Assembly: GCA_965204755.1 (NCBI GenBank)
Contig: OZ242011.1
Coordinates: 896,001-960,000, forward strand
DNA: 64,000 bases
Reading direction: 5' to 3'
Origin: Candidatus Marinacidobacterium sp.
GTDB lineage: Bacteria > Acidobacteriota > Vicinamibacteria > Marinacidobacterales > Marinacidobacteraceae
Position 1 is the stretch's first letter, and each line of letters opens with the position of its first letter. The notes beneath the pieces are model-generated. The model had not been told where the DNA came from and made no database searches. It was given only the letters and a program-made list of their open reading frames with translations. Made by a program: the position numbers and the translations under genes. Below, in pieces: positions 11,701 through 23,700 of this stretch.

Positions 11701-14700
11701 GTCCACCCTGAAGTTCGCGTCGTCGGCGACCGCGTGGGCGCCGAGGTCCGGCGCCGCCGCATTCCCGGCGGCGTCGGCGATCGTCCCGCCGACCGGGGCC
11801 AGCGCCCCGTCGCCGACGGATATCCCGTCCGCGTCCTCGTCGGCCCGGCCGACCGTATAGCGGAAGACCAGCCGGCGGGGGCCGTCGCGCGCCCGGAAGA
11901 CCGCCGGCCGGGAGGCGCTGCCCACGGTGAGCGCCAGTTGCGGCGACCCGGTAACCGTTACCGCTTCGTCGAATTCCACCGTCGCCTCGATGAAGTCGTC
12001 GGCGAGGTAGGTCGTCCCGCCGGCGCCCCGCCCGGAACCGGAGAGGGTCAGGCCGGTAACCGCCGGCCCCCGGCGGTCCGCGCCGCCGCCGTCCACCCGG
12101 AGCCCGGCGAGTTCGTGGGTCCCGCCGGTCCGGCCGGCGGCGTTCCCGGCGGCGTCCTCGATCCGGTCGGCGGCGGTGAGCCACAGCGCGTCGGTGATCG
12201 CCCCGCCGGAGTAGCGGTCGGCGGCCTGCACGGCGTAGCGGAAGCGCAGGAGCGTCGAGCCCGAGCCGGAGAGGTAGGCCGCGGACCGCTCCGGGGCGCC
12301 GGAGGCGAAGTGGAACCGGTACTCCGGCGAGCCGGCGACCGTCGCCGCCTCGTCGAACCGGATCTCCCAGACGATCTCCTCGCCGGCGATGAGGGCGCCC
12401 CCCTCGCCCGACCCGGTCCCGACCGGGGTCTTCGAGGTCATGCCCGGGCCCCGGGTGTCCGCCGCCGCCCCGGCCACCCGGAAGTTCGCGTCGTTCGCCA
12501 CCGCGTTCGTCCCGAGGCCGAGGACCGCCGCGTTGCCGGCGGGGTCGGCGATCGACCCGCCGTTCAGCGAGAGCGCCGAGGCGCCGAGGGAGAGCCCGTC
12601 GGCGTCGGCGTCGGCGGAGGCCACCGCGTAGGTGAAGGTCAGCGAGCGCGAGCCGCCGCCGGCGGCGTAGTCCGCCTGCCGGGCGGCGCTGCCGACGGTG
12701 AGGGCCGCCTGCGGGGTCCCGGTTACCGAGACGGTCTCGCTGAACGCGACGGTTACCGTGATCCGCTGCCCTTGCCGGTAGGCCCGGTTCGCGCCGGAGC
12801 GGCCCTGCGGCGGGCCGCTGCCGGAGAGCGAGACCCCGGTAACCGTCGGCCGGATGGTGTCCGTCGCGCGCCCGTCCACCTCCGGGCCGCCGCTTTCGAG
12901 GGCGTGGGCGCCGAGGCCCAGCACGGCGGCGTTCCCGGCGGCGTTCCCGCCGGCGTTCCCGCCGGCGTTCCCGCCGACCCCGCCGGCGTTCCCGGCGACC
13001 CCGCCGCCGTTCCCGCCGACCCCGCCGGCGTTCCCGCCGGCCTCGACGATCGTCCCGCCGTTCAGCGCCAGCGCCGAGGGGCCGACCCGGATCCCGTCCG
13101 GGGCCCGGTCCCCCATCGCCACGGTGTAGCGGAAGACCAGCGAAGTCGTCCCGCTGCCGAGCGCGTAGGCCGCCTGGCGGGCGGCCGCCCCCATCTCCAG
13201 CGCCACCCGGGGCGCCCCGGTAACGGTTACCGCCCGGTCGAACTCCAGGGTCACTTCGATCACATCGTCCACCACGAAGACGCCGTTCGCGCCCCGCGCC
13301 TCGCCGCCGAGCGAGACGCCGACGATCCGGGGCCGGGCGGTCTCGTCGGCGGCGCCGCCGTCCACCGCCGGGCCGCCGGCGGTTACGGCGTGGCTGCCGA
13401 GGCCGAGCGCGGCGGGGTGGGCGGCGGCGGAGCGGTCGAGGATGGTCCCGCCGTTCAACCGGAGCGCCGAGGCGCCGAGGGTGATCCCGTCCGGGGCCCG
13501 GTCCCCGGCGGCGACGGTGTAGCGGAAGACCGGCGACCTCGTCCCGCCGCCGGCGGCGTAGTCCGCGTAGCGGGTGGCCGCGCCGATGGAGACCGCCGCC
13601 TGCGGGGTCCCGGTAACCGCCACCGGCTCGCTGAAGTCCACGGTTACCGAGAGGACATCGCCGGCGATGAGCGCGCCGCGCGCGCCGCGCCCCGCGCCGG
13701 AGAGCGTTACGCCGGTAACCGTCGGGGCGACCGCGTCGGCGGCGGCGCCGTCCACCCGGAAGCCGGCGGCGTTCGTTATGGCGTGGGCGCCGAGGCCCAG
13801 CGGCGCGGCGTTCCCCGCCGGGTCGGCGACGGACCCGCCGTTCCGCCGGAGCGCGGCGGGGACGACGGAGATGCCGTCCCGGTCCTCGTCGCCGGCGGCC
13901 ACCGTGTAGCGGAAGACCAGCGCGGTCGTCCCGCTGCCGGAGGCGTAGTCCGCGTAGCGGACGGCGGTCCCGATGGAGAGCGCCGCCTGCGGCGTCCCGG
14001 TAACCGTTACCGCTTCGGTGAAGGTGACTTCGGCTTCGATTTCGTCGCCGGCGATGAAGACGCCGCCCGCGCCCTGGGCGCTTCCCCGGAGGGCGAGGCC
14101 GGTAACCGTCGGGACGGCGGCGTCGGCGACCGAGCCGTCCACCCGGAAGGCGGCGGCGTCGGTTACCGCGTGGTCGCCGAGGTCGAGCAGGGCCGGGCGG
14201 CCCGAGCGGTCGGCGATCCGCCCGCCGTTCAGCGAGAGCGCCGAGGCGCCGACGGAGAGGCCGTCCGGGTCGGCGTCGCCGGCGGCCACGGCGTAGCGGA
14301 AGACCAGCGAAGAGGTCCCGCTGCCGGAGGCGAAGTCCGCCGGCCGGGCGGAGGACCCGATCCCGAGCGTCAACTGCGGGAGCCCGGTAACGGTTACCGG
14401 CCCGCTGAAGTCCACGGTCGCTTCGACGAGGTCGCCGGCGATGAGGAGGCCGCCGGCGCCCCGGGGCGCCGCCGCCGCCCGGAGGGCGAGCCCGGTTACC
14501 GCCGCCTCGGCCGCCCCCGGCCCGTCCACCACCGCCTCGCCGTCGGCGACGGCGTGGGGCCCGAGGTCGAGCGAAGCGGCGTTGCCGTCGGCGTCGCCGA
14601 TGCTCCCGCCGTTCAGCGCGAGGGCGTCGGCGGCGACGGAGACCCCGTCCGGGTCGGCGTCGGAGGCGGCGACGAGGTAGGCGAAGACCAGCGAGGAGGT

Positions 14701-17700
14701 CCCGCTGCCGGAGGCGTAGTTCGCGTGGCGGACGGCGCTCCCGATCCCGAGCGCCACCCGCGGCGTCCCGCCGACCGTTACCGGGCGGTTGAAGGCCACG
14801 GTTACCTCGAGCCGGTCGCCGGCGATGAAGACGCCGCTCCCGCCGCCGGCTTCGCCGCCGACGGTTACCCCGGCAACCGCTTCGGCCACCACATCCGCGG
14901 CCGCGCCGTTGACCACGATGCGTTCGAGGTCGTTGACCGTGGAGCCCAGGCCGAGAGTCGCGGCGTTGTTCGCGCCGTCCGCGATCGTCCCGCCGTTCAG
15001 GGAAATCGCGGTGGAATCGGCGGAGATCCCGTCCGCATCGGCGTCCGTCGCCGCCACGGTGTAGCGGAACACCAACGAATCCGTCGCGCTGCCGGAGACA
15101 TACGCCGCCTGGCGGAGGTCTTGGCCGATGGCGAGCGCGAACTGCGGCGTCCCGGTAACGACTACCGGTTCGCGGAACTCGACGGTTACCTCGATCTCGT
15201 CGCCGGCGACGAACACCCCGCCCGCGCCGTGCCCCCTTCCCGACAGCGAGACATCGACGGCGTCGGGGGCGCGGACATCGGCGCCCCCGCCGTTCACCTC
15301 CCGCCCCCTGGTGGTTCTCGGGGACCGGTTTCTGGCGTCGTTGCCGCCGGCGTCGCGGATGGAGGCGCCCGGCGGGAACACGAAGGCGGGGTTGACCACC
15401 CGAAGCGTGGCGATCGAGTCCGTCGGCTGCACCGTGTAGCGGAAGACCAGCGCGGTCGCGCCCGAACCCGAGTGGTAGTCCATGTTGACGAGGTTGGTGC
15501 GGAGTTGCGGCGTCCCGACGACCGTCACCGGCTCGTCGAAGGTGATCTCGAAAACGACCGCATCCCCGGCGATGAGAGACCCGTCCGCACCCTCGCCGGG
15601 TTGCGTGACCAACCCGGTCTGCGGTCTCGGACCGACCGCATCCGCCCCGCTGCCGTTCACCACATAGTCGCCGTCGTCGGTGACGGTGTGTTCCGCGGGG
15701 ATCCGCAGGTCGGCCGCCTGCCCGGCGCTCCCGGTGATGGCGCCGCCGTTCAGGGTCAGGGCGGAGGCCCCGACGCTGACCCCGTTCGGGTCGGCGTCCG
15801 CCGCCTGCACCGTGTAGGAGAAAGTGAGGCCGTCGAATCCCGAGTTCGAGGCGTCGTAGGCGGCCTGCCGCGTGTCGGCGCCGACGGCGAGCGCCAACTG
15901 CGGCGCTCCCGAGACCGTGATCGCCGAGTCGAAGTCCACCTGCACCCGGATCACATCCCCGGCGATGAAGGAGTCGCCCGCCCCCTGACCGGTCTGGAAC
16001 CCGAGCATCGTCAGGTCGCTGACCACCGGGGCGCGGGCGGCGGCGCCGTTCACGATGAAGTCGGCGGCGGCGGCGACGGCGTGGGGCCCGAAGCCCAGCG
16101 CGGCGGCGACGCTCCCGGCGCCGGCGATCGTCCCGCCGTTCAGGGCCAGCGCGGAGGCGCCGACGGAGACCCCGTCGGCGTCCCGGTCCGCCGAGACCAC
16201 GGTGTAGCGGAAGACCAGCGAGGCGGTCCCGCTGCCGGAGGCGTAGGCCGCCTGGCGGGTGTTCGCGCCGACGGTGAGCGCCACCTGCGGCGTCCCGGTA
16301 ACCGTTACCGGCTGGGAGTAGTCCACGGTTACCGAGATCGCGTCCCCGGCGCGGAAGACCCGGTTCCCGCCGGTCCCGCTGCCCGAGAGCGCCACCCCGG
16401 TAACCTGCGCGGCGACGGCCCCGTCCACCACGATGTCGGGGTCGTTCGCGACGGCGTGGTCGGCCAGCGCGTTCTCCAGGGTGACGGAGGTGTGCCGCCG
16501 GTTCCCGGCGTCGGCGATCGTCCCGCCGTTCAGGGCGAGGGCCGAAGCGCCCACGCCGATCCCGTTCACATCGGAGTCCGCCGCCGCCACCGTGTAGCGG
16601 AAGACCAGCGAAGTCGTCCCGCTGCCCGAGGAGTAGGCCGCCTGCCGGGTGGTCGCCCCGATCACCAGCGCCAACTGCGGCGTCCCGGTAACCGTCGCCG
16701 CCTCGTGGAACTCGAGGGTGGCCACGATCGCGTCCCCGGCGATGAACACCCCGCCGGGGCCGTTCGCGGTCCCGGAGAGGGTGAGCCCGGTAACCGCCGG
16801 GGGCCGCCGGTCGTTCCGGGCGCCGGAGTAGATGATGAAACCGCGGTATTGCGGCCGGACCAGCGTTCCCAGGCCGAGCGCCGCGGCGTTGTTCGCGCCG
16901 TCCCGGATCGTCCCGCCGTTCAGGGTCAGCGCCGAAGAAGCGATGCCGATCCCGTTGTGGTCCAGGTCCGAGGAGCCCACGGTGTAGCGGAACTCCGGGG
17001 TCGTCGTCCCGCTGCCGGAGGAATAGTCCGCCTGCCGGGTCGCCGAGCCGACGGTGAGCGCCACCTGCGGCGTCCCGGTAACCGTCACCTCCTCGTCGAA
17101 CTCGACCTCGACGACGATCACATCCCCCTGGGTGAAGGTCCCGCCCTCCTCGCTTCCCTCCCCGATTCCCGAGACGGTCACCCCGGCCACCGTCGGCGGC
17201 CGGGCGTCGGTCCCGTCCCCGTCCACCGCGATCTCGCCGTCGGTGATCGCGTGGGAACCCAGCCGCCGGTCGGCGTCGTTGCCCCCCCGGTCGCGGATCG
17301 TCCCGCCGTTCAGGTCGAGCGCGCTCGCCCCGATCCCGTTCGCGTCCTCGTCCCCGGAGGCCACGGTATAGACGAACTCGTGCGTCCGGCGGCGGCCGGT
17401 GGCGCTCACCCAGGCGGCGTGGCGGGTGGCGGCGGCCCCGGCCCCCACGGTCAGCGCCAGCCGGGGCGACCCGGTTACCGCCACCGGCTCGGAGAAGGTG
17501 ACCGTCGCCCGGATGCGGTCGCCGGCGATGAGCGCCCCGCCGGCGCCGTTCCCCGGGCCGTCGGAGGCCAGCGCCAGCCCGGCCACCTTCGCCGCCCGGG
17601 TGTCGGCGCCGTCGCCGTCCACCACCTGCAGGCCGAAGGTGGAGCCGCCGTCCCGCAGGGCGTTCTGGCCGCTGTCCACGATCCTCCCGCCGTTCAGCCG

Positions 17701-20700
17701 GAACTTCGGGTCGGCCAGGCGCAGTTCGGTCGTGGCGTCCGCGGTCTGCACCTCGTAGCGGAACCGGAGCATCGCGGTCTCGTCGCCGGAGGCGTAGTCG
17801 GCGTAGCGGGCGCCGCCGATGGTCAGCGCCAACTGCGGATAGAGCGATGTCCCCCGGCTGATGAAGACCGGCTGGGTGGTCTCGACCACGAACTCGATGA
17901 CATCCCCGGCGATGAAGGCCCGGTTCGCGTCGGTCCCCCCGTTGGCCGCGCCGCCCCAGGTGATGGTCCTGATTTCCGCCGGGTCGGCGTCCCCGGCGTC
18001 GCCGTCCACCTTGAAGGCGGGGTCGTCGGAAACCGCGTGGTCTCCCAGGTCGAGCGCGGCGGCGTTGCCGGCGGCGTCGGCGAGCGCCGCGCCCGAGAGG
18101 TCGTGCCCGGTGGCCGGGATGCTGATCCCGTTCGCGTCCTCGGTGTTGTAGTAGCCCACCTGGTAGCGGAAGACCAACTCCCTCGTCCCGCTGCCCGACT
18201 GGTACACCGCCCGGTAGGCCCGCGTCCCGACCATGACGGTGAGCCGCGGCTGTCCGGTAACCGTCACCGGCTCGTGGAACTCGACGGTGATCCGGATCCG
18301 GTCCCGGTCGATATAGACCCCGTCCGCGCCCTGCGGCGCCGGCTCGACCTTCGCCAGCGACACCCCGACCACCTTCGGGGCGACGGTGTCCGTCCCGCCC
18401 CCGGCGACCGCGTAGCCGGCCTGGTCGGGGAGGGCGTGGCTGCCGAGGCCGAGGACCGCCGCGTTCCCGGCGTCGTCGGCGATCGATCCGCCGTTCAGCG
18501 TGAGCGCCGAAGCGCCGACGGAGACGCCGTTCGCGTCGGCGTCGCCGGAGACGACGGCGTAGCGGAAGACCAGTTCGTCGGTCCCGCTGCCGGAGGCGTA
18601 GTCCGCCTGCCGGGCGTTCGCGCCGATCGTGAGCGCCAGTTGCGGGGTCCCGGTAACCGTTACCGGTTCGTGGAACTCCACGGTTACCTCGATCCGGTCG
18701 CCGGCGATGAAGGCGCCGCCGGCGGCGTTCCCGGTCCCGGAGAGCGCCACCCCGGTAACCGTCGGGTGGGCGAGTTCCGCCGCGCTCCCGTCCACCGTGA
18801 AGTCCGGGTCGTCGGCGATCGCGTGGGTCCCGAGCGCCGGGGCCGCGTCGTTCGGCGTGGCCGCCCCGTCGGTGATCGCGCCGCCGTTCAGGGCGAGCGC
18901 CGAAGCGCCGACGGAGACCCCGTTCGCGTCGGTGTCGGTGGCGGCGACGGCGTAGCGGAAGACCAGCGCGGTCGTCCCGCTGCCGGAGGCGTAGTCCGCC
19001 TGCCGGGTGGCCGCGCCGATCGTCAGCGCGACCTGCGGGGTCCCGGTAACCGTCGCCGCCTCGTCGAACTCCACGGTTACCTCGATCTCGTCGCCGGCGC
19101 GGAAGACCCCGGAGTCCGCCGTCCCGGTTCCCGAAAGGGAGACGCCGGACACCTTCGGGCCGCGGGCGTCGGCGGCGCCCCCGTCCACCCGGAAGCCGGC
19201 CCGGTCGCGGATCGCGTGGAGGCCGAGGCCGAGCGCCGCGTCGTTCGGCGCCGGGTCGCCCTGCGCGTCGGTCGCGTCGTCCCGGATCGTCCCGCCGTTC
19301 AGCCCGAGCGCCGAGGAGGGGACGCTGACCCCGTTCGGATCGAGGTCCCCGGCGACCACGGCGTAGGCGAAGACCAGCGCCGCCGTCCCGCTGCCGGAGG
19401 AGTAGGCCGCCTGCCGGATCGTCGTCCCCACGGTGAGGGCCAACTGCGGGGTCCCGGTAACCGTTACCGCTTCGCTGAAGGTGACCGTCGCCTCGATCCG
19501 GTCGCCGGCGCGGAAGACGCCGCCCGCGCCCTGCGGCGCCGGGGCGGCGCCCGAGAGCGCGACCCCGGTAACCGTCGGCGACCGGGTGTCCGTCCCGTCC
19601 CCGTCCACCACCCGGTCGCCGTCGGTGATCGCGCGGGTTCCGAGGCCCAGCGCGGCGGCGTTCCCGCCGGCGTCGGCGATCGACCCGCCGTTCAGGGCGA
19701 GCGCCGAAGCGGCCACGCTGACCCCGTCCCCGTCCTCGTCCCCGGAGACGACGGTGTAGGCGAAGACCAGCGACGCCGTCCCGCTGCCCGAGGCGTAGTC
19801 CGCCTGCCGGGTGGCCGCCCCGATCCCGAGCGCCACCTGCGGCGTCCCGGTAACCGTTACCGGCTCGCTGAAGGTGACCGCCGCTTCCAGCCGGTCGCCG
19901 GCGATGAAGGCGCCGGAAGTTCCCGACCCGGTCCCGGAGAGGGCCAGGCCGGTAACCGTCGGGGCGACCGCGTCCGCCGCGGCCCCGGCCACCGTGAAGT
20001 CCGCGTCGTCGGCGACCGCGTGGGCGCCGAGGCCGAGCGAGGCGGCGTTCCCGGCGGCGTCGGCGATCGTCCCGCCGTTCAGCGAGAGCGCCGAGGCGCC
20101 GACGCTGATCCCGTCGGGGTCGGAGTCCCCGGCGGCCACGGTGTAGGCGAAGACCGGCGAACTCGCCCCGCCGCCGGGGACGAACGCCGCCGTCCGGGCG
20201 GCCGCCCCGACGGTGAGCGTCAACTGCGGGCTGCCGGTAACGGTCAGCGCTTCGTGGAAGTCCACGGCGGCCTCGATCCGGTCGCCGGCCCGGAACGCGC
20301 CGCCCGCGCCGGTCCCGGTCCCGGAGAGCGAGACGCCGGTGACCCGGGGGCCGACCAGGTCCTGCCGGGCCCCCGCCACCCGGAAGCGGAAGTCGTCCGC
20401 CGCCGCGAACCGGGCGAGGGAGAGGGTGGCGCCGGTCCCGGCGTCGGTCGCGGCGTTCCCGGCGGCGTCGGCGATCGTCCCGCCGTTCAGCGAAAGCGCC
20501 GAAGCGCCGACCGAGATCCCGTCGGGGTCGGCGTCGGCGGCCGCCACGGCGTAGGTGAACCGCAGGGTGGTCGTCCCGCTGCCGGAGGCGTAGGCCGCCT
20601 GCCGGGTGTTCGCGCCGACGCCCAGCGCCACCTGCGGGGTTCCGGTAACGGTGGCCGCCTCGTTGAACTCCACTTCCACGGTGATCTCGTCGCCGGCGAT

Positions 20701-23700
20701 GAAGACCTCGCCGTCCCCGGCGTTCCCCACCCCGGAGAGCGCCAGCCCGACCACCGCCGGGCCGGTGGCGTCGGCGGCGGCGCCGTCCACCGCCAGCGCC
20801 GGGTTGTTGTGGACCGGGGCGCTGCCGACCAGGAGCAGGTTCGCGGCGCCGTCGGAGTCGCCGATCGTCCCGCCGTTCAGCGCGAGCGCCGAGACGCCGA
20901 TCCCGATCCCGTCGGGGTCGGAGTCGGCGGCGGCCACGGTGTAGCGGAAGGCCAGGGTGGTCGTCCCGCTGCCGGCGGCGTAGGCCGCCTGCCGGAAGAC
21001 CGCCCCGATTTCGATCTCCACCTGCGGGGTCCCGCCGGCGGTGTCCACCGTCGCCGGCTGGTCGAACTCCACCCGGACCTCGATCGCGTCCCCGGCGAGG
21101 AAGGAGCCGCCGGGGCCCCGCCCGCTCCGGGGGACGCTGACGCCGACCACCCGGGGCGGGCCGCCGTCCCCGTCCACGACAGTCCCCGGGTCGTTCGTAA
21201 CGGCGTAGCCGGCGAGGCTCGGGTTCACCGGGACGCCGCCGCCGGTGATCGAGCCGCCGGCCGGGTCGAGCGCCGAGGCGCCGATGCTGACGCCGTCCGC
21301 GTCCCGGTCCTCCACCCGGACCCGGTAGCCGAAGGCGACCAGGGCCGAGTGGCTGGAGGCCGGGTTGTACGCCGCGTAGCGGGTCTCGTCCCCGATCTGC
21401 AGCGCCACCCGCGGCGAGCCGGTTACGACCAGCGGGGTGGAGGAGAAGACCAGCCGGACGGTGATCCGGTCGCCGCCCACCAGCGTCCCGGAGGGCCCGG
21501 AGGCGCGCCGGTCGAGGGTCAGCGAGGTCAGCGTCGGCCCCACCGAGGCCGCCGCGCCGTCCACCTCGAAGTCGTCGTCGTCGGCGACGGCGTGGGCGCC
21601 GAGGCCGAGGAGCGCCGGGTGGGCCGCGCTCGAGCGGTCGAGGATGGTCCCGCCGTTCAGGGTCAGCGCCGAGGCGCCCACGGAGATCCCGTTCGGGTCG
21701 GCGTCGGCGGCGGCCACGGTGTAGCGGAAGACCAGGGCGGTCGTCCCGCTCCCGGCGGCGTAGTCCGCCTGCCGGGTCGCCGCCCCGACGGTGAGCGCGA
21801 GTTGCGGGGTCCCGGTTACCGCCACCGGCTCGCTGAAGGTGATCGTGGCCGAGACCAGGTCCCCGGCGCGGAAGACCCCGTCGGCGGCGCTCCCGGTCCC
21901 GCAGGCCGCGACCGGGCAGAGCGCCGCGTCGACGACCGTCGGGGCGGTCGCGTCCGCCGCGGCGCCGTCCACGGTGAAGGCGGGGGCGTCGGGGATCGCG
22001 TGGACGCCGAGGCCGAGTTCCGCGGCGTTGCCGTCGGCGTCGGAGATCGTCCCGCCGTTCAGCGCGAGCGCCGAAGCGCCGACGGAGACGCCGTCCGGGT
22101 CGGCGTCGGCGGCGGCCACCGCGTAGCGGAACTCCAGCGTGGTCGTCCCGTCGCCGCGGCGGTAGTCCGCCTGCCGGGCGGCCGCCCCGACGGTGATCGC
22201 CAACTGCGGGGTCCCGACCACCTCCACCGGCTGGTCGAACTCCACCAGGACTTCGATCGCGTCGCCGGCGATGAAGACCCCGTTCGCGCCCTGGCCGGTC
22301 CCCGACAGATTCGCCCCGGCCACCTTCGGGGCGCCGCCGTCCCCGTCCACGACGAAGGCCGGGTCGTCGGCCATCGCCGGGACGGGCGCGCCCGGGGCGA
22401 GGTCGCCGTCGGAGTCCCCGATGCTCCCCCCGTTCAGGGTCAGCGCGTCGGCGGCGACGCTGACGCCGTTCGCGTCTTCGTCCGCCCCGGCCACGGTGTA
22501 GCGGAACGAGAGCGCGGTCGTCCCGCTGCCGGAGGCGTAGTCCGCCGGCCGGGCGGCGGCGCCGACGGTGAGCGCCAGCCGCGGGGTCCCGCCCGAGGTG
22601 TCCACCGTCGCCGGCTGGTCGAACGCCACCCGCGCTTCGAGGAGGTCGCCGGCGAGGAAGACGCCGCCCGGCCCGCTCCCGGTCCCCGAGAGGGTGACCC
22701 CGGTGGCCCGGGGGACGCCGGCGTCCCCGTCCACCCGGAAGTCCCGGTCCGCCGCCGCCGAGTGGCCGCCCAGGTCGAGCGTCGGGTTCCCCGCCCGGTC
22801 GGCGATCCGCCCCCCGTTCAGCAGGAGCGCCCAGGTCCCCACCGCGACCCCGTCCGGGGCGGCGTCGGAGGCGGCCACCCGGTAGCGGAAGACCAGCGAG
22901 GCGGTCCCGCTGCCGGAGGCGTAGGAGGCCCGGCGGGTCCCGGTCCCGACGGTTACCGCCACCTGCGGGGTCCCGGCAACCGCCGCCGGCTCGTCGAGGG
23001 CCACCCGGACCTCGAGGGCGTCCCCGGCGACGAAGACGCCGCCGGCGCCGGTCCCGGTCCCCGAGAGCGAGACGCCGGTGACCCTCGGGGAGCGGACATC
23101 GTCGCCGCCCCCCCGCACCGAGAAGCCGACCGCGTCCCGGACCGCGTGGGCGCCGAGGCCGAGCGCGGCGGCGTTGTCGGCGCGGTCCCGGATCGCCGCG
23201 CCGTCCGGCAGCGTGAGCGCCGAAGCGCCGACGGAGACGCCGTCCGGGTCGGCGTCGGAGGCGGCCACGGCGTAGCGGAAGAGCAGCGAGGCGGTCCCGC
23301 CGCCGGAGGCGTAGGCCGCCTGGCGGACGGCGCCGCCGACGGCCAGCGCCAGCCGGGGGCTTCCGGTGACGCTCACCGGCTCGCTGAACTCGACGGCGGC
23401 CTCGATCCGGTCGCCGGCGATGAAGACGCCGCTCGCGCCCTGGCCGGTCCCGCGGAGCGAGAGGCCGACCACCGCGGGGCCGGTCCGGTCGGCGGCGGCG
23501 CCGTCCACCGGGAAGCCCGGGGCGTTCGCCGCCGCGTGGTCACCGAGGCCGAGGACCGCGGCGTTCCCCCCGGCGTCCCGGATCGCCGCGCCGTCCGGCA
23601 GCGTGAGCGCCGCCGCCGCGACGCCGATCCCGTTCGGGGCCCGGTCCGCCGAGACCACCTCGTAGGCGAAGACGGCGGTCGTCGTCCCGCTGCCGGAGGC

